A DNA stretch of 48,946 nucleotides from Octopus sinensis (taxonomy: Eukaryota). The stretch is from positions 1 through 48,946 of the forward strand of contig NW_021831694.1 of the NCBI RefSeq assembly GCF_006345805.1. The letters are read 5' to 3'. Position 1 is the first letter of the stretch, and each line of letters opens with the position of its first letter. The notes under the pieces were generated by a model. That model made no database searches and was not told where the DNA came from. It was given only the letters and a program-made list of their open reading frames with translations. Of the stretch, positions 33,925 through 45,937 are shown in pieces. A program made the position numbers and the translations under genes.

Positions 33925-35020
33925 AAGGCGGCGAGCTGGCAGAAACGTTAGCACGCCAGGCGAAATGCTTTGCAGTATTTCGTCTGTCTTTATGTTCTGA
34001 GCTCAAATTCCATCGAGGTCAACATTTTGCCTTTCATCCTTTCGGGGTCGATAAATTAAGTGCTAGTTGCGTACTGGGGACGATCTAATCGATTGGACCC
34101 TTCCCAAAAAATTTCGGGCCTTTTGCCTAGAGTAGAAAACAATAAATGTAAGGCAGCGAGCTGGCAGAAATGTTAGCACACCGGGCGAAATGCTTAGCGG
34201 TACTTCGTCTGTCTTAGCGGTATTTCGTCTGCCGTTACGCTCAGAGTTCAAATTCTGTCGAGGTCAACTTTTTGCCTTTTATCCTTTCGGGGTCGATAAA
34301 TTAAGTACCACTTGCGTATTGGTGTCGATCTAATCGACTGATCCCTCCGAAAACATTTCAGGCCTGTAGCTAGATTAGAAAAGAATATTTGACTAAATAA
34401 AGGTGGCAAGCTGGCAGAAACGTTAGCGCGCCGGGTGAAACGCTTAGCGGTATTTCGCTTGTCTTTCCGTTCTGAGTTCAAATTCCGCCGAGGTCGACTT
34501 TGCCTTTCATCCTTTCGGTGTCGATTAAATAAGTACCAGTTACTCACTGGGGTCGATATAATCGACTTAATCCATTTATCTGTCCTTGTTTGTCCTCTCT
34601 GTGTTTAGCCCCTTAGTAAAGAAATAGGTATTTCGTCTGCCGCTACGCTCTGAGTTCAAATTCCGTCGAGGTCGACTTTTTGCCTTTTATCCTTTCGGGG
34701 TCGATAAATTAAGTACCAGTTGCGTACTGGGGTCGATATAATCGACTGGTCCCCTCCGAAAAAATTTCATGTCTTGTAGCTAGAGTAGAAAAGAATATTT
34801 GACTAAATAAAGGTGTTGAGCTGGCTGAAACGTTAGCACGCCGGGCGAAATGCTTAGCGGTCTTTACGTTCTGAGTTCAAATTCCATCGAGGTGAACTTT
34901 TTGCCTTTCATCCTTTCGGGGTCGATAAATTAAGCACCAGTTGCGTACGGGTGTCGATCTAATCGACTGGGCCCCTCCCCCAAAATTTCGGGCCTTGTGG
35001 CTAGAGTAGAAAAGAATATC
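33925..35020 (+). mobile_element. SINE-A cluster (about five units)
   Basis: Repeated heads and central blocks; tail A ttgtagctagagtagaaaagaatatttgactaaataaagg repeated at 34365 and 34775. Confidence 0.9.
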
Positions 35021-35099
35021 TCATACTATGTCAATGAACTTTTTGCTGGACTCTAAAGACAAAATCCTAACGTAATCCTTCCCTATAATATCTTTCATT

Positions 35100-35290
35100 G
35101 CTTGTCCTTTACTTGTTTCAGTCTGTGGCCATGCTGGAACACCACCATGAATTTTTGGTCGAATAAAACGACCCCAGAATTTATTTTTTAAGCCTGGCCC
35201 TTATTCTATCGTTCTCTTTTACTGAACCGCTATGTTACCTAAACACACCAAGCGGTGTCAAGCGGTGGTGAAAGACAAACAAAGATACAG
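35100..35290 (-). mobile_element. SINE-B tail
   Basis: cttgtttcagtctgtggccatgctggaacc..ttattctatcg..gaaccgcta. Confidence 0.7.
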
Positions 35291-35759
35291 AGATTGAGAC
35301 GAACAGAAACCAACTCGACATAAGGATTTTTTGTGCGTGCGTGTGTGCGTGTTTACCTTCTCATAGAAGGAATTCTAACGGCAACTAGGGGTCTTTAACC
35401 CATAGTTGTTCAAACTGTAATTAACCCATAGCTGAAACTCTGATAGGTGCTATATATAAAAGAAGAGGAAAAAACAAGGGTGTAACTCTCGGATATGGAT
35501 ATCCTGTGCGTACAAGCGATGGTGGGAGTTTAACGTGTTTAGCATGAGAGGCGAAACCTGTGTGGCTTAATTGCTGTGCGTCAAGCGCATCTTATCATAG
35601 CAATATATATTTGTGTGTGTGTGTTTGTGTGTGTGGTATGTAATTTCACATCGAATTTTAATAGTTGTATATAATCTTGATCAGTATATGATAAGACTAT
35701 ATCTGGTTTGGTATATGGGTTTGTGTGTTTAAAAGCAAGGATCTGATTATAGAAAAGGC

Positions 35760-35930
35760 AAGAAAGAAAAAAAGAAAGAAAGAAAGAAAGAAAGAAAGAA
35801 GAAAGAAAGAAGGAAAGAAAGAAAGAAAGAAAGAAGAAACGAAGAACGAAAGAAAGAAAGAACGAAAGAAAGAAAGGAAGAAAAGAAGAAAGAAGGGAAG
35901 AAAGAAAGAAAGAACGAAAGAAAGACTAGT
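35760..35930. repeat. (GAAA)n microsatellite
   Basis: Direct. Confidence 0.95.
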
Positions 35931-36170
35931 AAAAACTAGTGTATGATTTTATATCTGATTTAACATCTGTGTTTTAATCTTGATGAGTACCTCATTTCGT
36001 ATTTATATTAATATTTTAATTATGGTATTAATAAATATATGTAACTCTTTATGTGTCATTTTGTCATGTTTCTGCATCCATAAAAAACAAAAAACAAAAC
36101 AAAAGCAAAATATGAACTGATTTATTACATGCTGCACTAATGTTCTTTCGAAGCAACGGTGAAGATTATA

Positions 36171-36415
36171 CGAGATCTGTGGACAAGTATCTGGACTGTT
36201 GCCATAGTAACGAAGCTAAAGCACGCAAAGCGAAGCGAAGCCGCTTGATGAAGATTGACCGTAAACACTGCTGTACATGCGCACTAAGTTTTAATGTTCT
36301 ACGTCACTTCTGCTGTTTACAGCAGTGCTTGAAACGAAGGTGTGTAGCGTGTGATCGTCGCATTCACCATACTCAGAGGCCTAAGCAAAGTTGCAGAAAG
36401 AGTATGGAGCGGAGT
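36171..36415 (+). mobile_element. Mariner 5' end (same family as 42780-43142)
   Basis: TA|cgagatctgtggacaagtatctggactgttgccatagtaac; aligns with revcomp of 42900-43142. Confidence 0.75.
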
Positions 36416-36429
36416 GGTTGAGCGGCACA

Positions 36430-37220
36430 AAAGTATACGAGTTGTTCAAACATATCCAAGGTATTTCGTCTGTCTTTACGTTCTGAGTTCGAATTGCGCC
36501 GAGGTCGATTTTTGCCTTTCATCTTTTCGGAATCGATAAAATAAGTACCAGTTACGCACTGGGGTCTATGTAATCGACTTAATCCCTTTGTCTTTCCTTG
36601 TTTGTCCCCTCTATATTTGGCCCCTTGAGGTCAATAAAGAAATAAGAAACGTTAGCACGGCGGCCGAAATGCTTAGCGGTATTTCGTCTGTCTTTACGTT
36701 CTGAGTTCAAATTCCGCCGAGGTTGACTTTGCCTTTCATCCTTTCGGGGTCGATTAAATAAGTACCAGTTACGCACTGGTGTCGATATAATCAACTTAAT
36801 CCGTGTGTCTGTCCTTGTTTGTCCTCTCTGTGTTTAGCCCCTTGTGGGTAGTAAAGAAATAGGTATTTCGTCTGTCTTTACGTTATGAGTTCAAATTCCA
36901 CCGAGGTCGACTTTGCCTTTCATCCTTTCGGGGTTAATAACTCAAGTACTAGTTGCGTACTGGGATCGATGTAATGACTCGCCCCCTCGCCCAACATTTC
37001 AGGCCTTGTGTCTGTTGCAGACAAGAATCTTTAGTACGCGGAACAAAATATTTAACGAAATTTCGTCCGCCTTTACGTTCAGAGTTCTAAATCTACTGAG
37101 GCCAACTTTACCTTTTATCCTTTCGGGGTCGATAAAATAAGCAATAAGCAGCAGTTGAGCATTAGGGTAGATCTAATCGACTATCCCTCTCCCATAAAAT
37201 ATCTGTATTGGTGCCTGTTA
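36430..37220 (+). mobile_element. SINE-A tetramer
   Basis: gagtt markers at 36485, 36703, 36887, 37082 (218, 184, 195 bp spacing). Confidence 0.9.
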
Positions 37221-37682
37221 GTAGAAAGGATTTCAAAGTTTAATAAGTTTGCTTCAGAATGTAAAGATTAATTACAAGTTTAGTAATAAAAATAAAAACT
37301 GATTTGTTACCGTGCCTTAGAAAGCTGAGGCGAAATTGAAAGCTTGGCTATTTCCATACGTTCTTCAAGGGTATCAAATACTCAACGAAACTGATGTATG
37401 GTTTTAACCATGAGTTGAACGTCACACGTCGTATCGCCTCCATTTATTTTATTACATTGATCTAGTGAAAAATGCTTTGGCCTTGGACTGCCTAAAGCTT
37501 CTGGGAACGGTATGATTCATAAGATTTAAGTTCCCTTTCAATAGCTACAAGTCAGCGGCTGAAGGGAAAAACATGCACAGAAAAGAAATTCTAGCGGGGT
37601 TGACCTTATGAGCGCGTGGCCTAGTGGTTATGGGGCTGCACATTACATCGAAAGATTGTGGTTTCAATTCTCAGACCGGGTG

Positions 37683-37956
37683 TTTGGCTATGATTTCTTG
37701 CTTATCGTATTTGCATGTATAATGACACGATGACGGATTTGAACGAACTTTTCATATGATTTCGTGCATTCTGCAACCGCATATACAGTAATATGATCAC
37801 ATTTGAGGGAACTTTAGCTATGATTTATTGCAGGTTGCACTTGGAGATATGGCAATACGATAAATAATTTATACGAGGTTTTGCTATGACTCCTTGCAAA
37901 TCGTACCCGTTAATGAAGCCATGAGATTATTGATTTGAGGGAGGTTTGTCTATGAG
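37683..37956. repeat. Diverged ~66-bp tandem repeat, about 4.3 copies
   Basis: tatga motif at 37689, 37755, 37819, 37885, 37951 inside the conserved core attt(g/a)a..ga..ttt..ctatga.tt..tgc. Confidence 0.75.
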
Positions 37957-38210
37957 GGGCTAAACACAGAGAGAACAAACAAGGACAGACAAACGGATTA
38001 AGTCGATTATATCGATCCCAGTGCGTAACTGGTACTTATTTAATCGACCCCGAAAGGATGAAAGGCAAAGTCGACCTCGGCGGGATTTGAACTCAGAACG
38101 TAGCGGCAGACGAAATACCGCTAAGTATTTTGCCCGGCGTGCTAACGTTTCTTATTTCTTTATTGCACACCAGGGGCTAAACATGGAGGGGACAAACAAG
38201 GACAGACAAA
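37956..38210 (-). mobile_element. SINE-A partial dimer
   Basis: 218-bp-type junction gctaacgtttcttatttctttattg. Confidence 0.85.
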
Positions 38211-38554
38211 CGACAGAAGAAGGAATGGTTCTAGTGATTATTACTGTGGAGCCCGAGGAGCCAGGCGCAATACGGGTGAGAAGAAGAGGACATGCAAGTA
38301 AGTCAAGACCGCTTGAATAGAGATGGCGTGGGGGAACCGGCCAGTTCTGAGAAGCATGGGCGACAGAAGTAGAGGTCGGAAATGCAAAGACAGAAGACAA
38401 CATGTCTGTGGGTCGCGAGTTGCAGTGGGTAGTGAGAATCTTTATACCAATCAGTCGAGTGACCCAGCTTTTGATACACCGTAGAAGGATTTTGTGTGGG
38501 TCACGTGTTGGGAACTGACATCATGCTATTCTGCACTCATTATAGACCTTAGAT

Positions 38555-38994
38555 CAGTATTTCTCAACCATTTATCCATGGGCCACTTTTGAATACTACT
38601 TTATTCTGGGAGACCCACATAGGCATTCGCTGTTTAACAAAATTCTATTTTGTTCCGCCGAGGTCGACTTTGCCTTTATCCTTTCGAGATCGATAATCTA
38701 AGTACTAGTTGCGTACTGGAGTCGATCTAATCGATTGGCCCCTTCCCCAAAAATTTCGGGCCTTGTACCTAGAGTAGAAGAAAAAAAACAACCTATTTTG
38801 TTATACATACATTAACTTTTGTAGGCTGAACAATGTAAAACACACAGAAAGAAACCCAGCTGTTTCTTGTAATAGATACATCACAAGCAAGATTCTTTCC
38901 TGGGCCTTTAAAATGCTATTATGGGTCCCCAATTTACTATGTTGCTTGTGTGGACCCCACAAAATCTTATAAGGACACCGGTTGAGAACCAGTG
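38555..38994. mobile_element. hAT (Charlie-like) MITE with a nested SINE-A fragment (~38650-38790)
   Basis: TIRs cagtatttctcaacc / ggttgagaaccagtg; decayed 8-bp TSD ccttagat / ctccagat; a related 5' end at ~17215-17290. Confidence 0.65.
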
Positions 38995-39019
38995 CTCCAG
39001 ATACTACTGGAATGTAGAC

Positions 39020-39330
39020 GTTTTATGGCCGAATGGATAACAATTTTGCTTCACACGCACAAGATCCCGGGTTCGCTTTCATTGCGTGACACCTTAGGCA
39101 GATGTCTTTTTCTATAGCCTCGGGTTGCCCGATATATTGTGAGTGAAACTGTACACAAGCCCGTCTATAGACCGTACCTCCAATTCAAGGGGTACAGCCT
39201 TGATTCATACATTGTGATGATAGTTCTGCCTGAGAATTACGTTAAGTGTATACGGGTCTGTAGGATGCTCAGCGACTTACACGGTAATTCAGGAGCAGGT
39301 AACTCAAATGATCGAACGCTTGTATCTTAA
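39020..39330 (+). mobile_element. Chimeric SINE: SINE-B-type head + SINE-D tail
   Basis: gcgtgacaccttaggcagatgtctttttctatagcctcggg then ctgagaattacgttaagtgtatacg..gatgctcagcgacttacacg. Confidence 0.65.
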
Positions 39331-40305
39331 CTTTTCGAACGAGCGAGATCCACCACCATTGAAAGGACCTAGAGATGTTGTTATGTGGTGTTCATGCCTT
39401 TCTCAAGGTCATTAATTAGCGTAGGTGAAGTAGAACAAGCTACAACCGGAACCGCACTGAAAATTATTGATACCAAGTCAGTTTAATGAGTTCTTAATTT
39501 GTAATTAGTATTTATATTATTTCTATGTCCGGAAGTATTTCCTTTCATTACTCTCAGATGTGAAGAGGAAGACATTTTGCTGGCGATTTGATTTCAAATT
39601 ATTTTCATCCCGTTTAAAATATATTTTTCTATATTCTCGAATTTTCGTACGAGGCAGGAACAATCCTTCTAGGTTTTGTGTTGTTGTTTTAAGTCGTAAA
39701 CCAAATCTGCAACCCTTTACAAAAAAACAAGATTCTAATTAAACCGTTACTTGATTCTGGTTTCTGTAGTATTAAACGTATGAGAGACACATTTACACCA
39801 GGATAGACCGCAAGTCATTTGCAATTTGCTTTCCTATACATTTTGGCGCCTAAGTACGGTTAACCCTATAACGTTTAAATTATCAGTGTACACAAGGGAT
39901 ATTTGTCAGCCATTTTCAATATGTCTGCTTATTCAAGTATAAAGAATATGCTTGATGTAAAAAAATTGAATCTCTTGTTGCTCCCATATGCATGTGTGTG
40001 GTTTTGTAAGTGTGTGTGTACTCTACCAAATGTATTGAGTAGTCTTTCAATATAATGAAGAACTGTTTATTATAACATAAAAACAAACGTTAATAGATAT
40101 GTGTGTGCGTGTGCATGTGTGTGTATATATGAATGTGTATATATGTATGATATATATATGTATGTGCATGTGTGTGTGCATGTGTGTGTGCATGTGTGTG
40201 TGCATGGTGTGTGCAATTGTATGAATGTTTGCGTTTGTGTTATAATAAAAACGGTTTTATATGAAATTGATAGAGTACAAATATATTATTCTGTAACAAA
40301 AATAG

Positions 40306-40381
40306 TATTGACAGGGATTTCGAAGTTTCAGCCAGTCAGACGATGGCTTAGCAGACCGAAACTTCGAGGTTACTGTCAATA
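40306..40381. repeat. 76-bp fold-back with hammerhead relic
   Basis: Arms tattgacagggatttcgaagtttc / gaaacttcgaggttactgtcaata; core cagacga (CU mutated). Confidence 0.6.
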
Positions 40382-40576
40382 TTTCAAAGTAAATCTACGA
40401 CAACTTCCTTGATATAAGTGATAAGATGCAATAATGATATTCAGATGTAAAGTATTATGTTAGACTTTACTCAGGCTTTCAATTTTGTGGTTTCCTTGCC
40501 ATAAGAACATGGTCTTATGAAGAGTCAAGAATTTAGCAACAATAGACTTTATATGATTAAGTACTCATCGTTTACG

Positions 40577-40870
40577 TGGAGGCGCAATGTTACAGTGGTT
40601 AGGGTAGCGGATTCGAGGTCGTAGGATCGCGGTTTCGAATCTCAGACCGGGCGATGTCTGTGTTTATGAGCGAAACACCTAAGCTCCGGCAGAAGGTAAT
40701 GGCGAACTTCTGCTGACTCTTTCGCTACAACTTTCTCTCATTCTTTCCTCCTGCATGTTGCAGCTCACCTGCGATGGACCGGCGTCCCGTCCAGGTGGGG
40801 AACCTATACGCCAAGGAAACCAGGAAACCGGCCCTTATAAGCCGGGCATGGCTCGAGAAGGAACAAACAA
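40577..40870 (+). mobile_element. Full-length SINE-C variant
   Basis: gtggaggcgcaatg..ggtttcgaatctcagaccgggcg..gatggaccggcgtcccgtccag.. Confidence 0.88.
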
Positions 40871-40901
40871 TGTATATATATATATATATAATATATATAT
40901 A

Positions 40902-41031
40902 GGTGCAGGAGTGACTGTGTGGTTAGTAGCTTGCTTACCAACCATATGGTTCCGGGTTCAGTCCCACTGCGTGGCACCTGAGACGAGCCTTATGAGTGAA
41001 TTTGGTAGATGGAAATCGAAAGAAGTCTGTC

Positions 41032-41079
<48 letters not shown>

Positions 41080-41274
41080 CTGTCTATGTTTGTCTCCCCA
41101 ACCGATCTTGGTGTGTTTACGTCCCCGTAACTCAGCGGTTCGGCAAAAGAGACCGATAGAATAAGTACTAGGCTTACAAAGAAGAAGCCCTGTGGTCGAT
41201 CTGTTCGACTGAAGGCGGTGGTGCTCCACCATGGCCGCAGTCAATTGACTGAAACAAGTAAAAGAATAAAAGAG
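40902..41274 (+). mobile_element. SINE-B, near full-length, inserted in (TA)n
   Basis: ggtgcaggagtgactgtgtgg head, (TG)n, tail ..ggccgcagtcaattgactgaaac. Confidence 0.9.
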
Positions 41275-41330
<56 letters not shown>

Positions 41331-41814
41331 TATATATATATGAACACGATTTCGCTTCCAATGTTATGCGAGAGGAAACAGAGCGGTTGGTTGAATTATT
41401 TATGCTTTTCCTAGTGTAATTCTGCCTGGGAACGAAATAATTTAAACTGATAAACGAATACCCTTAAAACTAAAATTTCATAATTAAATTTAAACAATTA
41501 CAAACCGGAAGTTGATAGTATTGTGCGTGATTAAGAGTGAAAGACAAGAGATGAAGTAGATTGTTTCTTTTGGGGACATTTTGTTCTGGGAGTTGTTTTA
41601 GATTAAAAGAGTGAGTTTCCTATCTAAATGAGTCCATTCTGTTTTTATTTGATAAAAGTTGTGATCTTAGACGGATTTTGCTCGTATTATCAGTGAGTTG
41701 AGCGACATCATAGTGATTTTTTTCCATTGCTACGAAGACTATGATGTTACAATGCTTCAAGGGAATCCTGATCAAAGCTGTTACAGCCTCATTTATCCTG
41801 CCATATTAAATATA

Positions 41815-42140
41815 GTAATAAGTACCATAGTAACTGGTACTTATTTAATCGACTCCGAAAGGATGAAAGGCAAAGTCGACCTCGGTGGAATTTGAACTCA
41901 GAACGTAACAGCAGACGAAATAAAATAATTTTTTTACTGTAGACACAAGGACCGAAATTTTTGAGGACGGGGGCCAGTCTATTAGATCGACTCAGTACGC
42001 AACTGGTACTTAATTTATCGACCCCGAAAGGATCAAGGGCAAAGCCGAACACGGCAGATAATATAAATATTCGTTTCTACTCGAGCAAGGCCCAAAAATT
42101 TGGTGGGGGAGAGCCAGTCGATTAGATCGACCCAAGAGAA
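41815..42140 (-). mobile_element. SINE-A fragments
   Basis: Central blocks at ~41835-41910 and ~41990-42050. Confidence 0.8.
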
Positions 42141-42449
42141 ATTTTGAGGTTAACTCTATAAATGTGAGCGCGAATGTATCTCTGTTGAATTGCGTTTTTC
42201 GCGAGACTGGTTTTGGTATTGCCACAACCGCATGACTCGCCCATTTTATGCCATTCTAAAGAGAACTGGAATGTGTACTGAATAGTCAAAATAATTTATT
42301 AAATAACATTGGTGGGGGGATAAAAATTGTAGAAGTTTAATTTCGTTTAGTAATCATTATATTTAGTTAATTTTTAATTTCCTAATTGCAGCAATGTCTG
42401 AAATAATAGGGCGGACACTTCAACAATCAATGAAGCATTCAATCGTGCA

Positions 42450-42710
42450 ATAATAATAATAATAATAATAACAATAATAATAATTGATGATGATGGTGAT
42501 GATGATGATGACGATGACGACGACGACGGTGGTGGTGGTGGTGGTGGTGGTGGTGGTGGTGGTGATGGCGGTGGTGGTGGTGGTGGTGGTGATGGTGGAT
42601 GTGGTGGTGGTGGCGGTTGTGGCGGCGGCAGCGGCGGCGGCGGTGGCGGTGGTGGTGGTGGTGGTGGTGGTGGTTTTCGGCGGCGGCGGCGGCGGTGGTG
42701 GTGGTGAATC
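42450..42710. repeat. Trinucleotide low-complexity tract (AAT/GAT/GGT/GGC)n
   Basis: Direct. Confidence 0.95.
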
Positions 42711-42779
42711 TTTCTTATATTTTCCACCAGGGAGCTGGATGAAGGATATGATTCCAAAGACAAACAAACAGTTTGGTGG

Positions 42780-43142
42780 TGGGACATACCATGTCTATGT
42801 TCGTCAATATAGACATTTTTTCGGCCATCTTGGAAACGTCTGAACCATTCGTACACTTGTGTGCGGCTCATACATTACTCTCTATAACCTTTCTGCAACT
42901 TTGCGTCGGCCCCTGAGCAGGTACCACTATGACAACGTTTTCTGTCGTGGTCAATGCGACGTTCACACGCTACACAGCTTCCTTCCAAAGATTGTTGTAA
43001 ATTACAGAGGGAAGGTAGAATGTTAAGACTTACTGCGCATGCAAAGCAGAGCTGAAGGTCAATCATTGCCAAGCGGCTTCACTCTGCGTGCTTTAGCTTT
43101 GTTACTATGGCAACAGTCCGGATATTTATTGATCAGACCTCA
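42780..43142 (-). mobile_element. Mariner 5' end with transposase HTH remnant
   Basis: TA|tgaggtctgatcaataaatatccggactgttgccatagtaac; AKLQKGYRE*CMSRTQVYEWFRRFQDGRKNVYIDEHR. Confidence 0.85.
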
Positions 43143-43323
43143 TATGACCAGAAAACAAGTTTAGTTGAAACATGTCACTCAGTGAAACAACAACGGTTTA
43201 ACAACTCTGTTAACACGGAACTCATAAATATATTATGCAATTGTGCAATAATGCTCGTGTGTGTATGTGTGCGTGCGTTTGTATTTGTGTATGCATTGTG
43301 TTTGTGTATGCATTGTGTGTGTG

Positions 43324-43361
<38 letters not shown>

Positions 43362-43861
43362 AGAGAAATGTTGATAAACATTGTATCAAGCCTGAAATTT
43401 AGCCCAACGCAAATATACTTTTTTAAAAAAACCTTCTAAGTTAAAGGGGCGTAAACAAACCAACCGCGGTTGTTAAACGTTTGGGGGACAAATGCAAGCA
43501 CAAACACAGAAACACACACACACAAACACACATATATATGTGTTTGTACACACACACACATATATATATGCATATATATATGATTGTTAAAGAGGACATT
43601 AAGACAAGACAAACATCTCAAGTCAAATACAATATTATTATTGGAATATAGGCAGAAATTCAAACATTGAAAATATGACTTGAGATGTTTGCCTTGCGTT
43701 AATGTTTGCTGTCCTCTTTTACAATTATATGTCCGCTGCATCGGAAATCTGCAATGGCTCCATAACTACCGACGGTATAACTTTGGAGCCCCAGTAATCC
43801 GTTACAGTACCTAGCTAGCGTACTGATCGGTTTGCATCACCTGCGAACTAAACCCCCATAC

Positions 43862-43948
<87 letters not shown>

Positions 43949-44123
43949 ATTATATATATATAATATATATATATATATTTGAGTAGTTGAATGAAAATCT
44001 TATTATGGATAATTCGGTTAACCGGTACCTGGGTAGCAAATTCACGTCAGAAAAACACGTTGAAGCTACATGCCTAGGGCAGAGATCACGTGCTTTCGTG
44101 TGGAAATTTTTGTGCTTTTTTAA

Positions 44124-44417
44124 ATACAAATAAATGAAAGAATGGAGTTGAACGACGAATTAACAAAATTCCTTTATTTTCGACATATGTTTCGAAGGCT
44201 GCATATTCCTAATTTCGAAGGAATAAGGGGTGCATTATGCCGCCTTCTCATCAGGAAAAACAAGGAACTTATGTCAGCATCAAGATGCACAAAAACTTTT
44301 AGATGACTGCACCCCTTATTCCTTCGAAATTGGAATATGCAGCCTTCGAAACATATGTCGAAAATAAAGGAATTTTGTTAATTCGTCGTTCAGCTCCATT
44401 CTTTCATTTATTTGTAT
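44124..44417. mobile_element. 294-bp fold-back element carrying a hammerhead
   Basis: Arms 44124-44234 / 44308-44417 differ by about one indel and one substitution; 73-bp spacer; (TA)n on the right. Confidence 0.9.
44169..44267 (-). ncRNA. Type I hammerhead ribozyme motif with long loop II
   Basis: Helix I ttccttgtttttc/gaaaataaaggaa (11/13); CTGATGA 44254-44248; helix II GAAGGC/GCCTTC; GAAA; helix III A-CATATG-T; GTC triplet ending 44182. Confidence 0.8.
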
Positions 44418-44429
44418 ATATATATAACG

Positions 44430-45135
44430 AGCTTCCAGAGTTTCCGTCAACCAAATTCTCTTACAAAGCGTTGGTCACCTGGGGACTCTACAAGAAAACA
44501 CTTAGCCAAAGAGTTAAGCAATGGAACTGAACCCGAAACCACGTGGTTGCAACGTGAGCTTCTCAACCACACAGCCATGCCCGCTCTTAATTCAGTTTCC
44601 AGTTGAAGCCATCTTGAATTCTTTTATAATCCTTTCTCTTATAGGCACAAGGCCTGAAATTAGTACACAACTTGTACTTAATTTACCGACCCCGAAAGGA
44701 GGAAAAGTAAAGTCGACCTCGGTGGAATTTGAACTCAGAACGTAGCGACGGGCGAAATACTGCTAAGCATTTCATCCAGTGCGCTAACGATTCTTATTTC
44801 TTTATTACCTCAAGGGGCTAAACATAGAAGGGGAGAAACAAGGACAGACAAAGGGATTAAGTCGATTACATCAACCCCAGTGCGTAACTGGTACTTAATT
44901 TTCTTTTTTTATTGCCCACAAGGGGCTAAACATAGAGGGGACAAACAGGAACAGACAAACAGATTAAGTCGATTACATCGACCCCAGTGCGTAACTGGTA
45001 CTTAATTTATCGACCCCGAAAGGATGAAAGGCAAAGTCGACCTCGGTGGAATTTGAACTCAGAACGTAACGGCAGACAAAATACTGCTAAGCATTTCGTC
45101 CAGCGCGCTAACGATTCTGCCAGCTCGCCGCCTTT
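44430..45135 (-). mobile_element. SINE-B head (44430-44590) and SINE-A multimer (44630-45135)
   Basis: Standard family motifs on the minus strand. Confidence 0.88.
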
Positions 45136-45895
45136 GAACTCTTTTTACAATGCTAACTGTATTTAGAAAAGATGTGAACATCAATTAATCTCATTCCATT
45201 GCATTGTTATGAATACTTAGTCTTGTACAGAAAATTTTGAGTGGGTAGAAATGTATCCAAAATTCGTACTAAACAAAAAAAATAATAAAAAGAAAAAAAA
45301 GATCCCGGTACTAAAATATTTGCATAATTTCCATTCAGAAACGAGAAATGCATCAACATGCTAGAAAAATATTTGTTTTTATATCTAATTATAATCTAAT
45401 GCAGTTTTCTTTTCCTTTCTTCAAAAGCATATATTAGCGGATTGCAACAGAATGTATTGCTTTCATATTTCGTGATTATTTTGCAGGGTAAAAACATGAG
45501 GAGATACTTTCCAGATGGAGCAATAAATAACATGGGTAATATTTTAGTTTCACCGAATTAGAGTCGGTGTTGTTTAGTGGTGGGTAAGAAAGGGCTTCCC
45601 TCTCTCTCTATTTATCCAATGAAGTCAATCGGTGTTTTGTTATTGAAGTAACATAAGCTGTCTCTGAGATAATCTGCTGCACATTGTAGGGTCATACAGG
45701 AAGTGAATGGAAGTTTTTAGTGAACATCACATGATATGCACCCTGGAAGACATCCACGTCCTGTTGGAGAAGACACAAAATATAAAAAAAAAACATCAAT
45801 TTCAGATCTGAGGAAATAACAGCAACAGCTGTGGTCCAACAATGGAATCGTCAACGTGACTTTTCCTCACCACACATTAAATGAGGTTCATATGC

Positions 45896-45937
<42 letters not shown>

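Noticed and set aside
35451-35462. TATA box tatataaaag
   Set aside because: Expected by chance in an AT-rich window; no downstream exon support.
37683-37956. CRISPR-like look (~33-nt core + ~33-nt linker)
   Set aside because: Linkers are homologous to each other, cores are degenerate, there are no cas genes, and the context is eukaryotic.
38152-38460. 83-aa minus ORF faintly like a LINE endonuclease tail
   Set aside because: Similarity too weak to call by eye; partly overlaps a SINE.
45487-45890. Exon-like segments GKNMRRYFPDGAINNM and SEEITATAVVQQWNRQRDFSSPHIK*; also 11384 (minus), 10625 and 19368 acceptor-like sites
   Set aside because: Could not be linked into a consistent frame and no family recognised.
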